Of a DNA stretch of 64,000 bases, positions 18,819 to 28,562 are shown piece after piece. How positions within the stretch are numbered: position 1 is the stretch's first letter; every line of letters begins with the position of its first letter. The stretch is from Nostoc sp. (lineage in GTDB: Bacteria > Cyanobacteriota > Cyanobacteriia > Cyanobacteriales > Nostocaceae), in NCBI RefSeq assembly GCF_036919815.1, contig NZ_JBALCE010000051.1, positions 4,819-68,818 of the forward strand. Reading direction: 5' to 3'. The notes below the pieces were generated by a model, which saw only the letters and a program-made list of their open reading frames with translations, was not told where the DNA came from and did no database searches. Position numbers and translations under genes: made by a program.

Positions 18819-18872
18819 TCTTCCTTCTCTTCCTTCTCTTCCTTTGCGTACTTTGCGTACTTTGCGGTTCGT
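18819..18872 (+). repeat. Nonamer tandem repeats (ttccttctc x2-3, tttgcgtac x2-3)
   Basis: Read directly. They are part of the repeat-filled 440-nt gap that replaces most of narB. Confidence 0.85.
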
Positions 18873-19155
18873 TAAAAAAAATGACTTTGACAAAGAGTTA
18901 AGCCTTAACCCAAGCGCATTGTTCTATAGCAGTCCTAATTCATAAAAATCTCTTTTTCTTCTCTCTGCGGTTCGATAAAATCAGCTTTTTAGCGATTTTT
19001 GCGTAAGTTCTATTTATGAAAAAACGAACCGCATACTCCTACGGAGAAGCAAGCTACGCGCAGCGTCTCGTTAGAGAAGGACGCAAAGGACACAAAGTAA
19101 TAAGAGTTTCAAAGAGTTTTTCTGTAACACACAAAATTCTCAAACAGTCGCTACA

Positions 19156-19404
19156 AAAGCGAAGTTTCCTGCTAAAGTGACAAAAGCGATCGCGCCTGGT
19201 ACAGTTTTTGTCCCCATGCACTGGGGTTCGCTGTGGGCAGACAATGCCGAAGCTAACGCCCTCACCCATCCAGAATCTTGCCCCGATTCGCTGCAACCAG
19301 AATTAAAAGCTTGTGCAGTGCAGCTAATACCAATTTTGGTAGAAGTTACAATCAAAAATCATCAACTCCAGTCCTCACAATCGTCAGCTGCAAAGTGTAC
19401 CTAG
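19156..19404 (+). pseudogene. narB: 3' remnant of assimilatory nitrate reductase
   Basis: [55 protein letters not shown] matches the C-terminal molybdopterin-dinucleotide-binding domain of cyanobacterial NarB. Nothing NarB-like (e.g. the N-terminal Cys cluster) lies between 18716 and 19155. Confidence 0.65.
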
Positions 19405-19674
19405 AAAGTGGTAATTTCTAACCAGCAATAGGTAATTTTGTCAATAATCAATAGTCAATACTTATGATAATTTTTTATGACTCTCTACTTTTGACTGATA
19501 CCAATTATCATATCTAAATAGGTAAAATCTCTAGTAACTAGAGGTTTTACTAACGTCGATTTTAATTATGGATAAAGAATAAAAAACAGAGAGAAAACTT
19601 ACAAAGTATCGGCAAGGCATCTTTTTTTAATCCTCTAGATATATCTATGGGATTTTCTTTTATTTTAGAATCGG

Positions 19675-20142
19675 GTGCAGCATATGAAAAAACTACTGAG
19701 GCGAATTCTAGTAACTACCAGAGATGAGAATTTCATGCACGTTATCGAAAATATAGAAGTGCTAGTTTCTAAAGTTCTATCTATTTTTATGGTAATTGTA
19801 ATTTTGGTAGCGAGCGCAAATTTAGGAATATTTATTTTTAGAGAGTTATTTACAGTGCCTTATGGTACATTTAACACAACCTTATATAAAATTTTCGGTT
19901 TATTTTTAAATATTTTAATTGCTTTAGAGATTTTAGAAAATATTACAGCCTATTTACGAAAACACGTTTTTCAGGTTGAATTAGTCATTGTTACTTCTTT
20001 AATTGCTGTAGCCAGAAAAATTATTCTTCTTGACTTTGACAAGGTTGGAGGTCTTGATATAATTGGTCTAGGTATAGCTATTTTGTCCCTATCAATTAGT
20101 TATTTAATAATTCGGATCAGTAATTCCAAAGATGCAAGTTAA
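19675..20142 (+). CDS. PsiE-like (phosphate-starvation-inducible E family) membrane protein
   Basis: Four hydrophobic helices and the segment LNILIALEILENITAYL...VIVTSLIAVARKIILLD resemble PsiE family proteins as I recall them. The start is uncertain (GTG 19675, ATG 19684 or a later ATG). Confidence 0.4.
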   Translation: MQHMKKLLRRILVTTRDENFMHVIENIEVLVSKVLSIFMVIVILVASANLGIFIFRELFTVPYGTFNTTLYKIFGLFLNILIALEILENITAYLRKHVFQVELVIVTSLIAVARKIILLDFDKVGGLDIIGLGIAILSLSISYLIIRISNSKDAS

Positions 20143-20275
20143 ACAAAAGATCCAACAAAATATTGTGGATTTAAAAACATTTTTTCCCATTCTTTACTCC
20201 CCATGCTCACCCGGCAACTTTGGGTTTTTCGAGCAACAGCATAAATTTTGAATTTAGAATTTGGAGAGAAGCGAC

Positions 20276-20728
20276 GTGACAGATTTCTTTGAATTTGAAG
20301 CAGACTTTGTTGATTCTTTGCGTTGCATCCCCATGCAGGTGCGTTGCAAATTAGATACCTGTGGCATCAAGCTAAAATTGTCTGATTGGAATCAAATGAC
20401 TACAGCCGAGCGTCAAGCTTTAGTCGAATTACCTTGCACTACAGAAACCGAAATTCAGTCTTACGGCAACTATATCCAGGAGTTAATTGTACAACGCACA
20501 GGTATACCAGCAACAAAATTGCCCATTGAGCCTCATCCCGCATGGCTAGACTCTGCCACTGTACCAGCCAGCCTTCAGGAAAAAGCTCAAGAAATAGGTG
20601 TAACCCTGACACAGCAACATTGGGCAGCTTTAACGCCTTTACAGCGTTTTGCCTTGATTAAACTCAGCCACCCAGGACATGAAAACAAAAATTTTCCTAC
20701 AGCGATCGCAGAATTTCATTTACTTTAA
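20276..20728 (+). CDS. narM: Nitrate reductase-associated protein
   Basis: FEFEADFVDSLRCIPMQVRCKLDTCGIKLKLSDWNQM...ERQAL resembles the NarM / nitrate-reductase-associated family. GTG 20276 is preceded by ggagag. The ORF track starts at TTG 20261. Confidence 0.55.
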   Translation: MTDFFEFEADFVDSLRCIPMQVRCKLDTCGIKLKLSDWNQMTTAERQALVELPCTTETEIQSYGNYIQELIVQRTGIPATKLPIEPHPAWLDSATVPASLQEKAQEIGVTLTQQHWAALTPLQRFALIKLSHPGHENKNFPTAIAEFHLL

Positions 20729-21191
20729 TTAGTCAATAGTCATTAACAATCGCCTAGCGTGCCTTTGCCACTCCTTCGCAATTTTTCACTCGATTTCTAC
20801 TAAGACAAAACTAGTCAATTATCATCGGCAAAAATAACTGACAACAGACGACTGAAAATTATATATTTTGGGAATCAAACTAAATGCAGTAAAAACTACT
20901 ATTTTTTGATAAATTGTCGTGTGTTTAATTTAGCACTTAGAGTATTAAAAGTACACTACCGATACAATCGGATTCATCTGCGTAACAAGCCAAGTTGAGG
21001 ACAAACTATCACTAGATCGAATACTTATTCACATTAGGTAAAAGAATTTGAAATTTTGCATCTGGAAATTTTAAATTTCTTAGCAGGAAGTGAAGCTATA
21101 GTGGATTTAGCAATGCTGCTGTTAATGTGGCTAAGGTTAGTCCTGCTGCCAAATTATGTGAAGAATTAGTTTAGAAACGCACTTCTTATCG

Positions 21192-22574
21192 ATGACAGGC
21201 AAAAACGCAAGACATAATGCATTTCTGCGGCTAGTGTCTGGTAATGGGGCAGATTTGGGATCAGAATCTCGCTACTCGCTGCCCCCCAGTAAAGAAATGG
21301 TAATTGGACGCGATCCCAGCTGCCAAGTTGTCTTGGATGCCATGACCTACCGAATGGTATCTCGTCGTCATGCGGTGGTTCGTCCCCTTTCTCTATCTCC
21401 AGATAGCAAATTCAGCTGGGTGTTGTGTGATTTGAATAGTGCTAATGGTACTTATTTGAATGGACAACGCTTGTATGAATGTCAGGAATTGCACCCAGGC
21501 GATCGCATTTCTCTCGGTGCTGATGGCCCACAATACGTTTTTGAGTACGAGTTTACCTCAGTGACGCCGGCCACGACAGTTAACCAACTTACACCATTAC
21601 CTTCGGCGACGAACTACCACAACCACACGCAATTAAAGCAGCCAGATTCTGTTAGCTTTACCCAGCTTTTCCCGATTATTTCCACTGGTAAAGATTTAAC
21701 TCGGAAAGCTTACCTCATACCGGGAATACTGACCGTAATCTTTGTAGTGTTAATGTTTGCTACAGTCGGTCAGCCCCAAGCTAATCAAGTTATTGTCGCA
21801 ACTTACATCGCCTTCGCTGCCTACTATTTTGTTTACCAACTTTGCGGAAAACAGAAGCCTTGGTGGGTGCTAATAGCTGCGGCGTTGGGTACGATGCTGA
21901 TTTTGCTCAGTCCAGTGTTGGGTTTATTTATCTTCGTGTTTCGCGGCATCCTACCTGGAAACTTGCCCTCGTCCCAAGAATCTATTACCTTCACAGAGTT
22001 ACTGGTGCGGATGTTTTTTGGCGCTGGCTTGATGGAGGAATTACTCAAGGCATTGCCTGTACTAGGGGCTTTTGCCATCGGTAGAATGTTGTCTTCACCT
22101 TGGCGGGAACGTATAGGGGTTTGGGAACCTCTAGATGGTATTCTCCTGGGAACAGCTTCTGCTGTGGGCTTCACTCTCTTGGAAACTCTCGGACAATATG
22201 TGCCAGATATTACTCAAAATATATCGCAACAGGTGGGTACAGGGGCTGCGGGTCAACTGGCGGGTTTACAACTGCTAATTCCGCGAATTTTAGGCTCTGT
22301 AGCCGGACACATGGCTTATAGTGGCTATTTGGGTTATTTTATCGGGTTAGCTGTCCTCAAACCGAGGAGAAGTTGGCAAATTCTTTCTATTGGTTATCTT
22401 AGTGCCTCTGCGCTCCATGCTTTGTGGAATGCTACAGGATCAATCAATGCCTTGCTGTTGGTCGTTGTTGGGGTATTATCTTACGCCTTTTTGATGGCGG
22501 CAATTCTCAAGGCACGGGCGCTATCACCGACGCGATCGCAAAATTTTGCTACCCGATTTATTGGCCCAAAATAA
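21192..22574 (+). CDS. FHA domain fused to a PrsW-type intramembrane protease
   Basis: FHA: VIGRDPSCQVVLD...VSRRHAVV...LCDLNSANGTYLNGQRL...GDRISLG. Multi-TM C-terminal half with PrsW motifs GLMEELLKALP, GHMAYSGYLGYFIG and HALWN. Confidence 0.75.
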   Translation: MTGKNARHNAFLRLVSGNGADLGSESRYSLPPSKEMVIGRDPSCQVVLDAMTYRMVSRRHAVVRPLSLSPDSKFSWVLCDLNSANGTYLNGQRLYECQELHPGDRISLGADGPQYVFEYEFTSVTPATTVNQLTPLPSATNYHNHTQLKQPDSVSFTQLFPIISTGKDLTRKAYLIPGILTVIFVVLMFATVGQPQANQVIVATYIAFAAYYFVYQLCGKQKPWWVLIAAALGTMLILLSPVLGLFIFVFRGILPGNLPSSQESITFTELLVRMFFGAGLMEELLKALPVLGAFAIGRMLSSPWRERIGVWEPLDGILLGTASAVGFTLLETLGQYVPDITQNISQQVGTGAAGQLAGLQLLIPRILGSVAGHMAYSGYLGYFIGLAVLKPRRSWQILSIGYLSASALHALWNATGSINALLLVVVGVLSYAFLMAAILKARALSPTRSQNFATRFIGPK

Positions 22575-22600
22575 GAATTCAAAATTGTACCCTTACTCTT

Positions 22601-22743
22601 AAGCAAGCTACGCGTGGTCACTGAGCAGTTCGACAAGCTCACTGTGCCACCTTGCCGTACCACTTCCCTGCGGGACGCTGCGCGAACGTGGAAGCAAGCT
22701 ACGCGCAGCGTCTCGTAGAGAAGTGTAGCATCTCGTAGAAAAG
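22601..22743 (+). repeat. Composite of small dispersed repeats
   Basis: It contains gtggtcactgagcagttcgacaagctcactg (22614-22644) and gcgcagcgtctcgtagagaagtg (22703-22725). Both recur inside the GT2 coding sequence at 31754-31823. Confidence 0.85.
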
Positions 22744-23015
22744 AAAATGACAGTATTTATCTCTTGGGATAGATGGCCTAGTTTGAATATCAGCGTATCG
22801 TGAATTCATTCTGGGTTAACTATACCTACAAAAATAAAAATCATTAAGCTTGTTGCAAAAGTCTTGATTTTTGACTCTCCGTAAGGCAAACCAATATCTT
22901 TGCAAGATATGCCTCTGAACAGAGTAAGTGCAAAAGGCGAGCTTATGCGAACACAACCCATGATCAAAATTTTAGCTTTCTCTATTTTTCCTCTCACTTG
23001 TCACCTGTTGCCGAT

Positions 23016-23663
23016 TTATGGTTCCGACTGAGACTTGTTGAGTTGAGTCAAAGCATAGGAAGCGATCGCTAAACTAAGCTTTGCCTTCTCTACTTCTGAT
23101 AAAGCTGTCCACTCACTATTTTGAAAATTACTCATCGCCGATGCCGCGTTTTGCGATTCGCTACTTCGCATCGCGTAAGTAAAAGGACGAGCCAAAACTA
23201 AAAGATCCTCTGTTCCCCAAGTTGGTAGCACTGTCTGAACGCACTCAACCAGTTGCTCACCGATTAATTGTCCAGCAGCAAATATCTCAGCAGCTTTGCT
23301 AGCGATCGCGTTGAGCAATACTTGGGGGACAGAGGCAGAAAAAGTAGTACGTAATGTTTCTTGAAGATTAACCACTACTGCCTGTTGTTGGCTGTGATTG
23401 TCGTCTGGTGTAGAAGCAATACCAGACCAAAGTGTGTCTAGATGGCTGTAAAAATCTGGCGATTGCCTCGTCAGTTCTTCCTCAAGGAAATCTGGCATTC
23501 CGAACTGTTGTTCTAGTTCCTGAAAATAAGCTTCTGATTGCTCATCACCTGGATTCCAGGGATAGGTAGCATCCTCTGGTTCTAATAAGGCTTTTAAAAA
23601 CTCTAATTCTATTTGAGATGGCAAAGAAGAGAAAGTCTCTGAGCCGTTAATTTTTTTAGCCAT
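23016..23663 (-). CDS. Acidic hypothetical protein downstream of the CHAT-FHA gene
   Basis: 215-aa ORF on the same strand as the two upstream genes. No recognisable motifs. Confidence 0.45.
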   Translation of the reverse strand: MAKKINGSETFSSLPSQIELEFLKALLEPEDATYPWNPGDEQSEAYFQELEQQFGMPDFLEEELTRQSPDFYSHLDTLWSGIASTPDDNHSQQQAVVVNLQETLRTTFSASVPQVLLNAIASKAAEIFAAGQLIGEQLVECVQTVLPTWGTEDLLVLARPFTYAMRSSESQNAASAMSNFQNSEWTALSEVEKAKLSLAIASYALTQLNKSQSEP

Positions 23664-23784
23664 TTTTTATGCCTCAATATTATATGGTAGTATTGATAAC
23701 TACAATTCCTCAGAAGAGATTTCCGCAAAAACAGATTTCAAAAGCTGATGCTCAACATCAAAATCCATTTCTGCGATCGCTCTA

Positions 23785-25365
23785 CTAGGAGTCCTGAATA
23801 ATAAACTCCCAAGTTTCACCTCTGGCACTTCCAAACTTTAACTGCATCCCCGATTTCAAGGGGACTTCCTCTCGGAGGATTTGTTGCCAACCATTAAGTC
23901 CTAAAAACCAGGTTGTGCCGTAGGTGGAAAAATCTTGCAAGTAATAAGTTCGCATGAATGTAGCATCAGTAACAGTATTACGGCAGAAGATTTCGGCGTG
24001 GCGTTTGGATACAGATGGTTCGGGGATGACAATATCATTGTCGTTTGTGCGACCGATGCGGGTAACTCCATAACGCAACAACCAGGTTTTACCTTTTGGA
24101 GTCAGCGATCGCAAAGAAGCAGTTAGAAGCGGGGAACCTAGATCAGGAATGGCTGTGTCTGGTATTTCCGTAATACCTTCATCCAGATTCTTAATGAGTT
24201 CGCCATTAAAATCTGGATGCAGGTAGAGCACAGGCAAAGTCCAAGCCGGCTGATTAAATTTATACAATGTTAACAACTCTTGCCTAGCTTGTGCTACGGC
24301 TTCATCAATTGGTTTGTGCGATCGCAAAGCTTTGGTAAAGGCTTGAATAAAACTGTGGCTTTCGTGGTCAGCAATTTCATCGCGCATTCCCAAAACCGCA
24401 GGCACACCATGACGAATTAGTACTTCTGCTAAACTGCTGGTAGGTATGGCTTGATGATTCCTAGCAGCCGGTTGTGCGCCCCAACAGGCGTTAAAAACCG
24501 CTAGTTTCACACCTGTACGGGTGAGTACTTGCGCTAATTCTATCCCATTTAGGGGCATATCTGGTCGCAAAAATAGTAAGCCCCCATCTGGGTCTGGCAA
24601 ACCATGTCCAGCGTAAAAGAAAACATTGTATGCTTTGGTTTCTAATTCATCAATCAACTGCTGGGGAGTTGGTTGTAAGAGTTGATTCACTATACAAGGT
24701 GCATATCTTTGGGAATTACTACCCACGGACGTATCTGCAAGAATTTGCTGTAAGATTGCAGCTTCTTGTTCCAGTTGCAGGTTTTGATCATGACCTAAAA
24801 CCAGCAGGATAGTTAAAGCTTTGTCAGTTCCCAAATCCGGTAAGGCGTCAACTTCAGTGCTGGTGCGACTAAATAGCAAATCTGGGGAGAGAGACATAGC
24901 CGATTGACCCGGCTCAGACTGCATAATTTCCCAAGGGAAAGCGATAAGATTTGGGTCACGAATTTCTAGTCGAAAGCGCAAACGTGTATGCTGACCCATT
25001 GCAATACCGCGACTACGTTCTAGACTACCGAGAATTTGTCCGTCGAATACCCAGCGCCATAAATTCATTCCCAAGTATTGCATCAGACGACTGCTGTAGG
25101 GACTAGTGGTTTCACCTGAAGGGGGTGAAATCCAATCTATGGGCAATGGGTTGGCTTTTTGAGATATTGAGTTTGAGGAAATATCGAGGTGACTATGACC
25201 AGCAAACATCTGTTGCCATTCTTGCCAGACTTGGGTGAGTTCAGCAGGCCATACACAGTCACGTAAAACGTAGCCACTGGGATAGGGAGCCTCGACCACC
25301 CAAATGGCGAAGTTGTCAGTGCCAGTGTTTAAAAGACGGGCGATCGCCAAATTCAGGGATGGCAT
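23785..25365 (-). CDS. CHAT (caspase-like) protease domain fused to a C-terminal FHA domain
   Basis: Caspase-type dyad candidates FFYAGHG and VFNACWG. C-terminal FHA: TRIGRTNDNDIVI...VSKRHAEI...LQDFSTYGTTW...LKSGMQLKFG. Confidence 0.7.
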   Translation of the reverse strand: MPSLNLAIARLLNTGTDNFAIWVVEAPYPSGYVLRDCVWPAELTQVWQEWQQMFAGHSHLDISSNSISQKANPLPIDWISPPSGETTSPYSSRLMQYLGMNLWRWVFDGQILGSLERSRGIAMGQHTRLRFRLEIRDPNLIAFPWEIMQSEPGQSAMSLSPDLLFSRTSTEVDALPDLGTDKALTILLVLGHDQNLQLEQEAAILQQILADTSVGSNSQRYAPCIVNQLLQPTPQQLIDELETKAYNVFFYAGHGLPDPDGGLLFLRPDMPLNGIELAQVLTRTGVKLAVFNACWGAQPAARNHQAIPTSSLAEVLIRHGVPAVLGMRDEIADHESHSFIQAFTKALRSHKPIDEAVAQARQELLTLYKFNQPAWTLPVLYLHPDFNGELIKNLDEGITEIPDTAIPDLGSPLLTASLRSLTPKGKTWLLRYGVTRIGRTNDNDIVIPEPSVSKRHAEIFCRNTVTDATFMRTYYLQDFSTYGTTWFLGLNGWQQILREEVPLKSGMQLKFGSARGETWEFIIQDS

Positions 25366-25544
25366 GGATTCATTAAATTAAAAGCTTAAAATAAATAATT
25401 TCAAATAACAATTCTCCAAAGTGAAAATTTTCTACTTTTTGACCTTGTAAATTTTTACTCTGGTTGTTACCTGTTATTATTCCAGGTTTTTACAAGTTTA
25501 TCGAGCTGTTAAGGACTGACAAATAAAAAAATACTCAACTATTG

Positions 25545-25676
25545 CTTGTGGGGTGGGCAGCGTTCGACTGAGCGCTCACGCCGTACCCCTCCGGGGAAGC
25601 AAGCTACGCGTAGCGTCCCGCAGGGAAAGTCTTGCCCGCCTTTTGCTATGGGCGCTCGTGTCGCCCACCCCACAAG
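25545..25676. mobile_element. MITE-like element with 14-nt terminal inverted repeats
   Basis: Terminal repeats cttgtggggtgggc (25545-25558) and gcccaccccacaag (25663-25676). The internal 65 nt (25560-25624) recur inverted at 37691-37755 with 2 mismatches. Confidence 0.75.
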
Positions 25677-25712
25677 TAGTAGTAATTTATTTATTGGAAA
25701 TCCCTTATTTGA

Positions 25713-27989
25713 TTAAGTTGGACTGGTGTCAGGTGCAGTTGGTTGAGTAACTGGCGGTTGCGTGACACTTCTACATGGATTTGGTGCGTCTGATTGTAAA
25801 ACAGAGACGCCAAAACTCTTCAATTGGGACAAGTTCAGCGATAGTGTTGCTGGCAAAGGTTTTGGATTTTGGGGAACCGAGATAATTACTGCTGGGTTAT
25901 TAGTATTAGCTGAACTTTGTGTGCTTTTATTGGCACAGACTCGCATAGACACCGAAAAATCCTCAGAAGCAGGTTGGGGATTTGATTTTTTCTGAATAAC
26001 TTCTAAAAAAGTCCCACGGGGAAGTGATTGGTTGTTTCCGAAGGGGATTTCTTTGTTGGTTTTAATTACCCAACCAGGAGAAAGGTTAGCAAGCGATCGC
26101 GCTGTGGGTGTCGCTTCGATGGTAGGATTTAGAGTTGGTGTGGGATTGGAAACAAGTGGAAATATCCCTGATGGCGATCGCAGTTGCTTCACGAAGAATC
26201 CTAAAGTCCCTGCTGCGATCACAAATATTAACGGAACTATCCACTGTAGCGGCAATTGGCGAGTTTTGATCGGCTCCTTTTCGGGAATCACCTGAGTTTT
26301 ATGGTTTGCGCTACCTAAAAGTGTCGGATCTGTCGCTCTGGACGGGAAATCAATAGCTTTCGGGGAATAACTCTCTGTAATCACTGCTTTAATGGTGATT
26401 TCTGGTTCCCAGTATTGGACTTGATAGTGGACTAAAGCGACGGTGACATTATCGTGTCCATTTTTAGTATTAGCGATTTCGACTAATCTATCGGCAACAT
26501 TTACTATATTTGTCTCCCCAAGCAGAATCGGTAAAATTTCTGTTTCCCAGCACTCCTCCACCCGATCAAAATCACTCAAACCATCGGATGTGAGCAGAAA
26601 AACAGCATCTTCATCGAGCATAAACCGTCCCGAAGTGGGATGCAATGAAGTGCTGGAACCCATCCCCAAAGCCTGAACCAGAGAGCCAGCAGCACTCTGT
26701 TGCACAGCCTCGCGGTAAATCGCATAACCTAGCCGCACTTCGCGGGAGGCGACATCATCATCAAGGGTAACTTGATAACAGCCGTGGCGTGTAATCCAGT
26801 AGGCACGACTATCACCAACATGGGTAATGTACATTTCGTGTGCAACAGGCAAGGCCATGACTAAAGTCGTACCCATGCGTTGACGCCCTTGGCGATTTTC
26901 AGCGTCATTGCGCTGACTAATTTTGTCGTTGGCAATTGCCACTGCCTTTTCTAGGTCATCAAGCAGCAGTGAAGGGTCTATGTGGTCGTAGGGAACTTTT
27001 GTTAGTTGCTGTACCTGCTGCTGAATCGTTTCAATCGCTAAATTTGAGGCGACATTGCCGCCCTCGTGTCCACCGATGCCATCACAGACAATTGCTAAGG
27101 CTGTTGGCTGGGGTGGTTTGCTGACCAGAATACCACTGGGTGGGCTACAGGCATCTTCGTTACGTTGGCGACTTGGGCCAGTCTCAGTTTTGGTGATAAT
27201 TTTGATCGTAGGTGTTTGCGATCGCCCTAACCCAGCCAGTCCCCGATCTAAAACTCCGATTAATTGATCCGTTGAATTCATCTCTCCCTGAATTAAGGAA
27301 AGGCTAACCTGATCAACAAATTCAGCTATAGCTGGTTTGGTATCACTGACCAACTGCTGCCAAAATTCACCTAATTGGGGCAACTCTGGTGATGTTGCGA
27401 CATCGAAACGCAAATCCAACAAACGTACTAATGATCCTTCTACCCGTAATACGTATGAGTCAAGTAAGCTAGAGGCGACACCTTCACTCGTCAGAGGTTG
27501 CCACAAATGAGCTATTTGCCATAACCAATTGAGTTGGCGCATTGATGTTGCATCACGCCAAGCGGTGGTTAACTCGCTACACAAATGCACTTGTTGGATT
27601 GTGTCATCTACTAATAGTGGCGGTTTTTCTAAGAGTAATATTTCTCGATGCTCAGTTCCGTCACCTACAAAAAGCACTCCATATAACTGCGGTACGTGTA
27701 AGCGGTAAGGAATAAGTCTCAAGTAAGCTTTGGGGATCTGGAGATTATCTAACTCAGGCGTTAGGGCTAATAAACCAGGCTTCGTATCTAAAAGAACAAA
27801 TTTGTCAAGGACTAAATAGCGATCGGCTAATATTTCTCCAGGGCTACCCACACTCGGGCCATCTACCACAGCCCAGAGGTAATTTTTGGGTAGGGGCGTG
27901 GAACATCGCTGGCAAAACTTGTGAGTCAGGGGGTTAGCAGCCTGACAATTTTCATTTGGACAGTAGAGCGTTGCCGCGTCATTTTCCAT
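25713..27989 (-). CDS. Zn-ribbon / PP2C Ser-Thr phosphatase / TM / Pro-Thr-rich tail protein
   Basis: N-terminal CPNENC...CQRC zinc ribbon. PP2C motifs IVCDGIGGHEGG, GTTLVMAL, HVGDSRAY, LLTSDGLSD and NGHDNVTVALV. One TM helix (WIVPLIFVIAAGTLGFFV). Confidence 0.8.
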   Translation of the reverse strand: MENDAATLYCPNENCQAANPLTHKFCQRCSTPLPKNYLWAVVDGPSVGSPGEILADRYLVLDKFVLLDTKPGLLALTPELDNLQIPKAYLRLIPYRLHVPQLYGVLFVGDGTEHREILLLEKPPLLVDDTIQQVHLCSELTTAWRDATSMRQLNWLWQIAHLWQPLTSEGVASSLLDSYVLRVEGSLVRLLDLRFDVATSPELPQLGEFWQQLVSDTKPAIAEFVDQVSLSLIQGEMNSTDQLIGVLDRGLAGLGRSQTPTIKIITKTETGPSRQRNEDACSPPSGILVSKPPQPTALAIVCDGIGGHEGGNVASNLAIETIQQQVQQLTKVPYDHIDPSLLLDDLEKAVAIANDKISQRNDAENRQGRQRMGTTLVMALPVAHEMYITHVGDSRAYWITRHGCYQVTLDDDVASREVRLGYAIYREAVQQSAAGSLVQALGMGSSTSLHPTSGRFMLDEDAVFLLTSDGLSDFDRVEECWETEILPILLGETNIVNVADRLVEIANTKNGHDNVTVALVHYQVQYWEPEITIKAVITESYSPKAIDFPSRATDPTLLGSANHKTQVIPEKEPIKTRQLPLQWIVPLIFVIAAGTLGFFVKQLRSPSGIFPLVSNPTPTLNPTIEATPTARSLANLSPGWVIKTNKEIPFGNNQSLPRGTFLEVIQKKSNPQPASEDFSVSMRVCANKSTQSSANTNNPAVIISVPQNPKPLPATLSLNLSQLKSFGVSVLQSDAPNPCRSVTQPPVTQPTAPDTSPT

Positions 27990-28562
27990 AGTTTTCCCAC
28001 CGATCAGCGATTGGCAATTTCTTTAACAGCATTAGTAGGGACAATCTAGACCGCTCATCTTTCTGAAATTTGACATACCCAGACTTTAGATGATGATTTT
28101 AGCTGGCGGATATCAGCAGGTGCTAATGCTTATTTATCCAAAGAATACGCTCCCAACTCAACCCGACAGCCTGATCATAGCTTCTATTGCTCTGTGACTC
28201 TCCATCAATAAAGCAACTAACTCCAACCCTGTCCCCAAAGCATAACCCAAGCATGACTATGTTATTTGCTTTTGCTGAATTACCCCATCATCAACAGACA
28301 GATAATGTTGGTATTTATTTAGTTTATAAGTAGGATAGCAACAATTAACTTTAATTAAGAATTAAGATAATTGAATATACTTTTGCCTAAAGTACCTGAC
28401 GAATCAAGAAAACCTCTCTTCTTCATCTCTCTCCTTGTAGGAGAGAGACTTTGAATGTTCTTCCTTAGAGCGTCGGCAAGGGGGTTAGGTTTTTGTTTGG
28501 GCTGATTCCGGATGACCGGAATTGTCACAAGGGTTCAGCCAGCCCGCTACCAACTATTGAGC

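Noticed and set aside
19054-19355. Minus-strand ORFs of 80 and 71 aa.
   Set aside because: They are antisense to the NarB C-terminal remnant and to SDR repeat DNA. No motifs.
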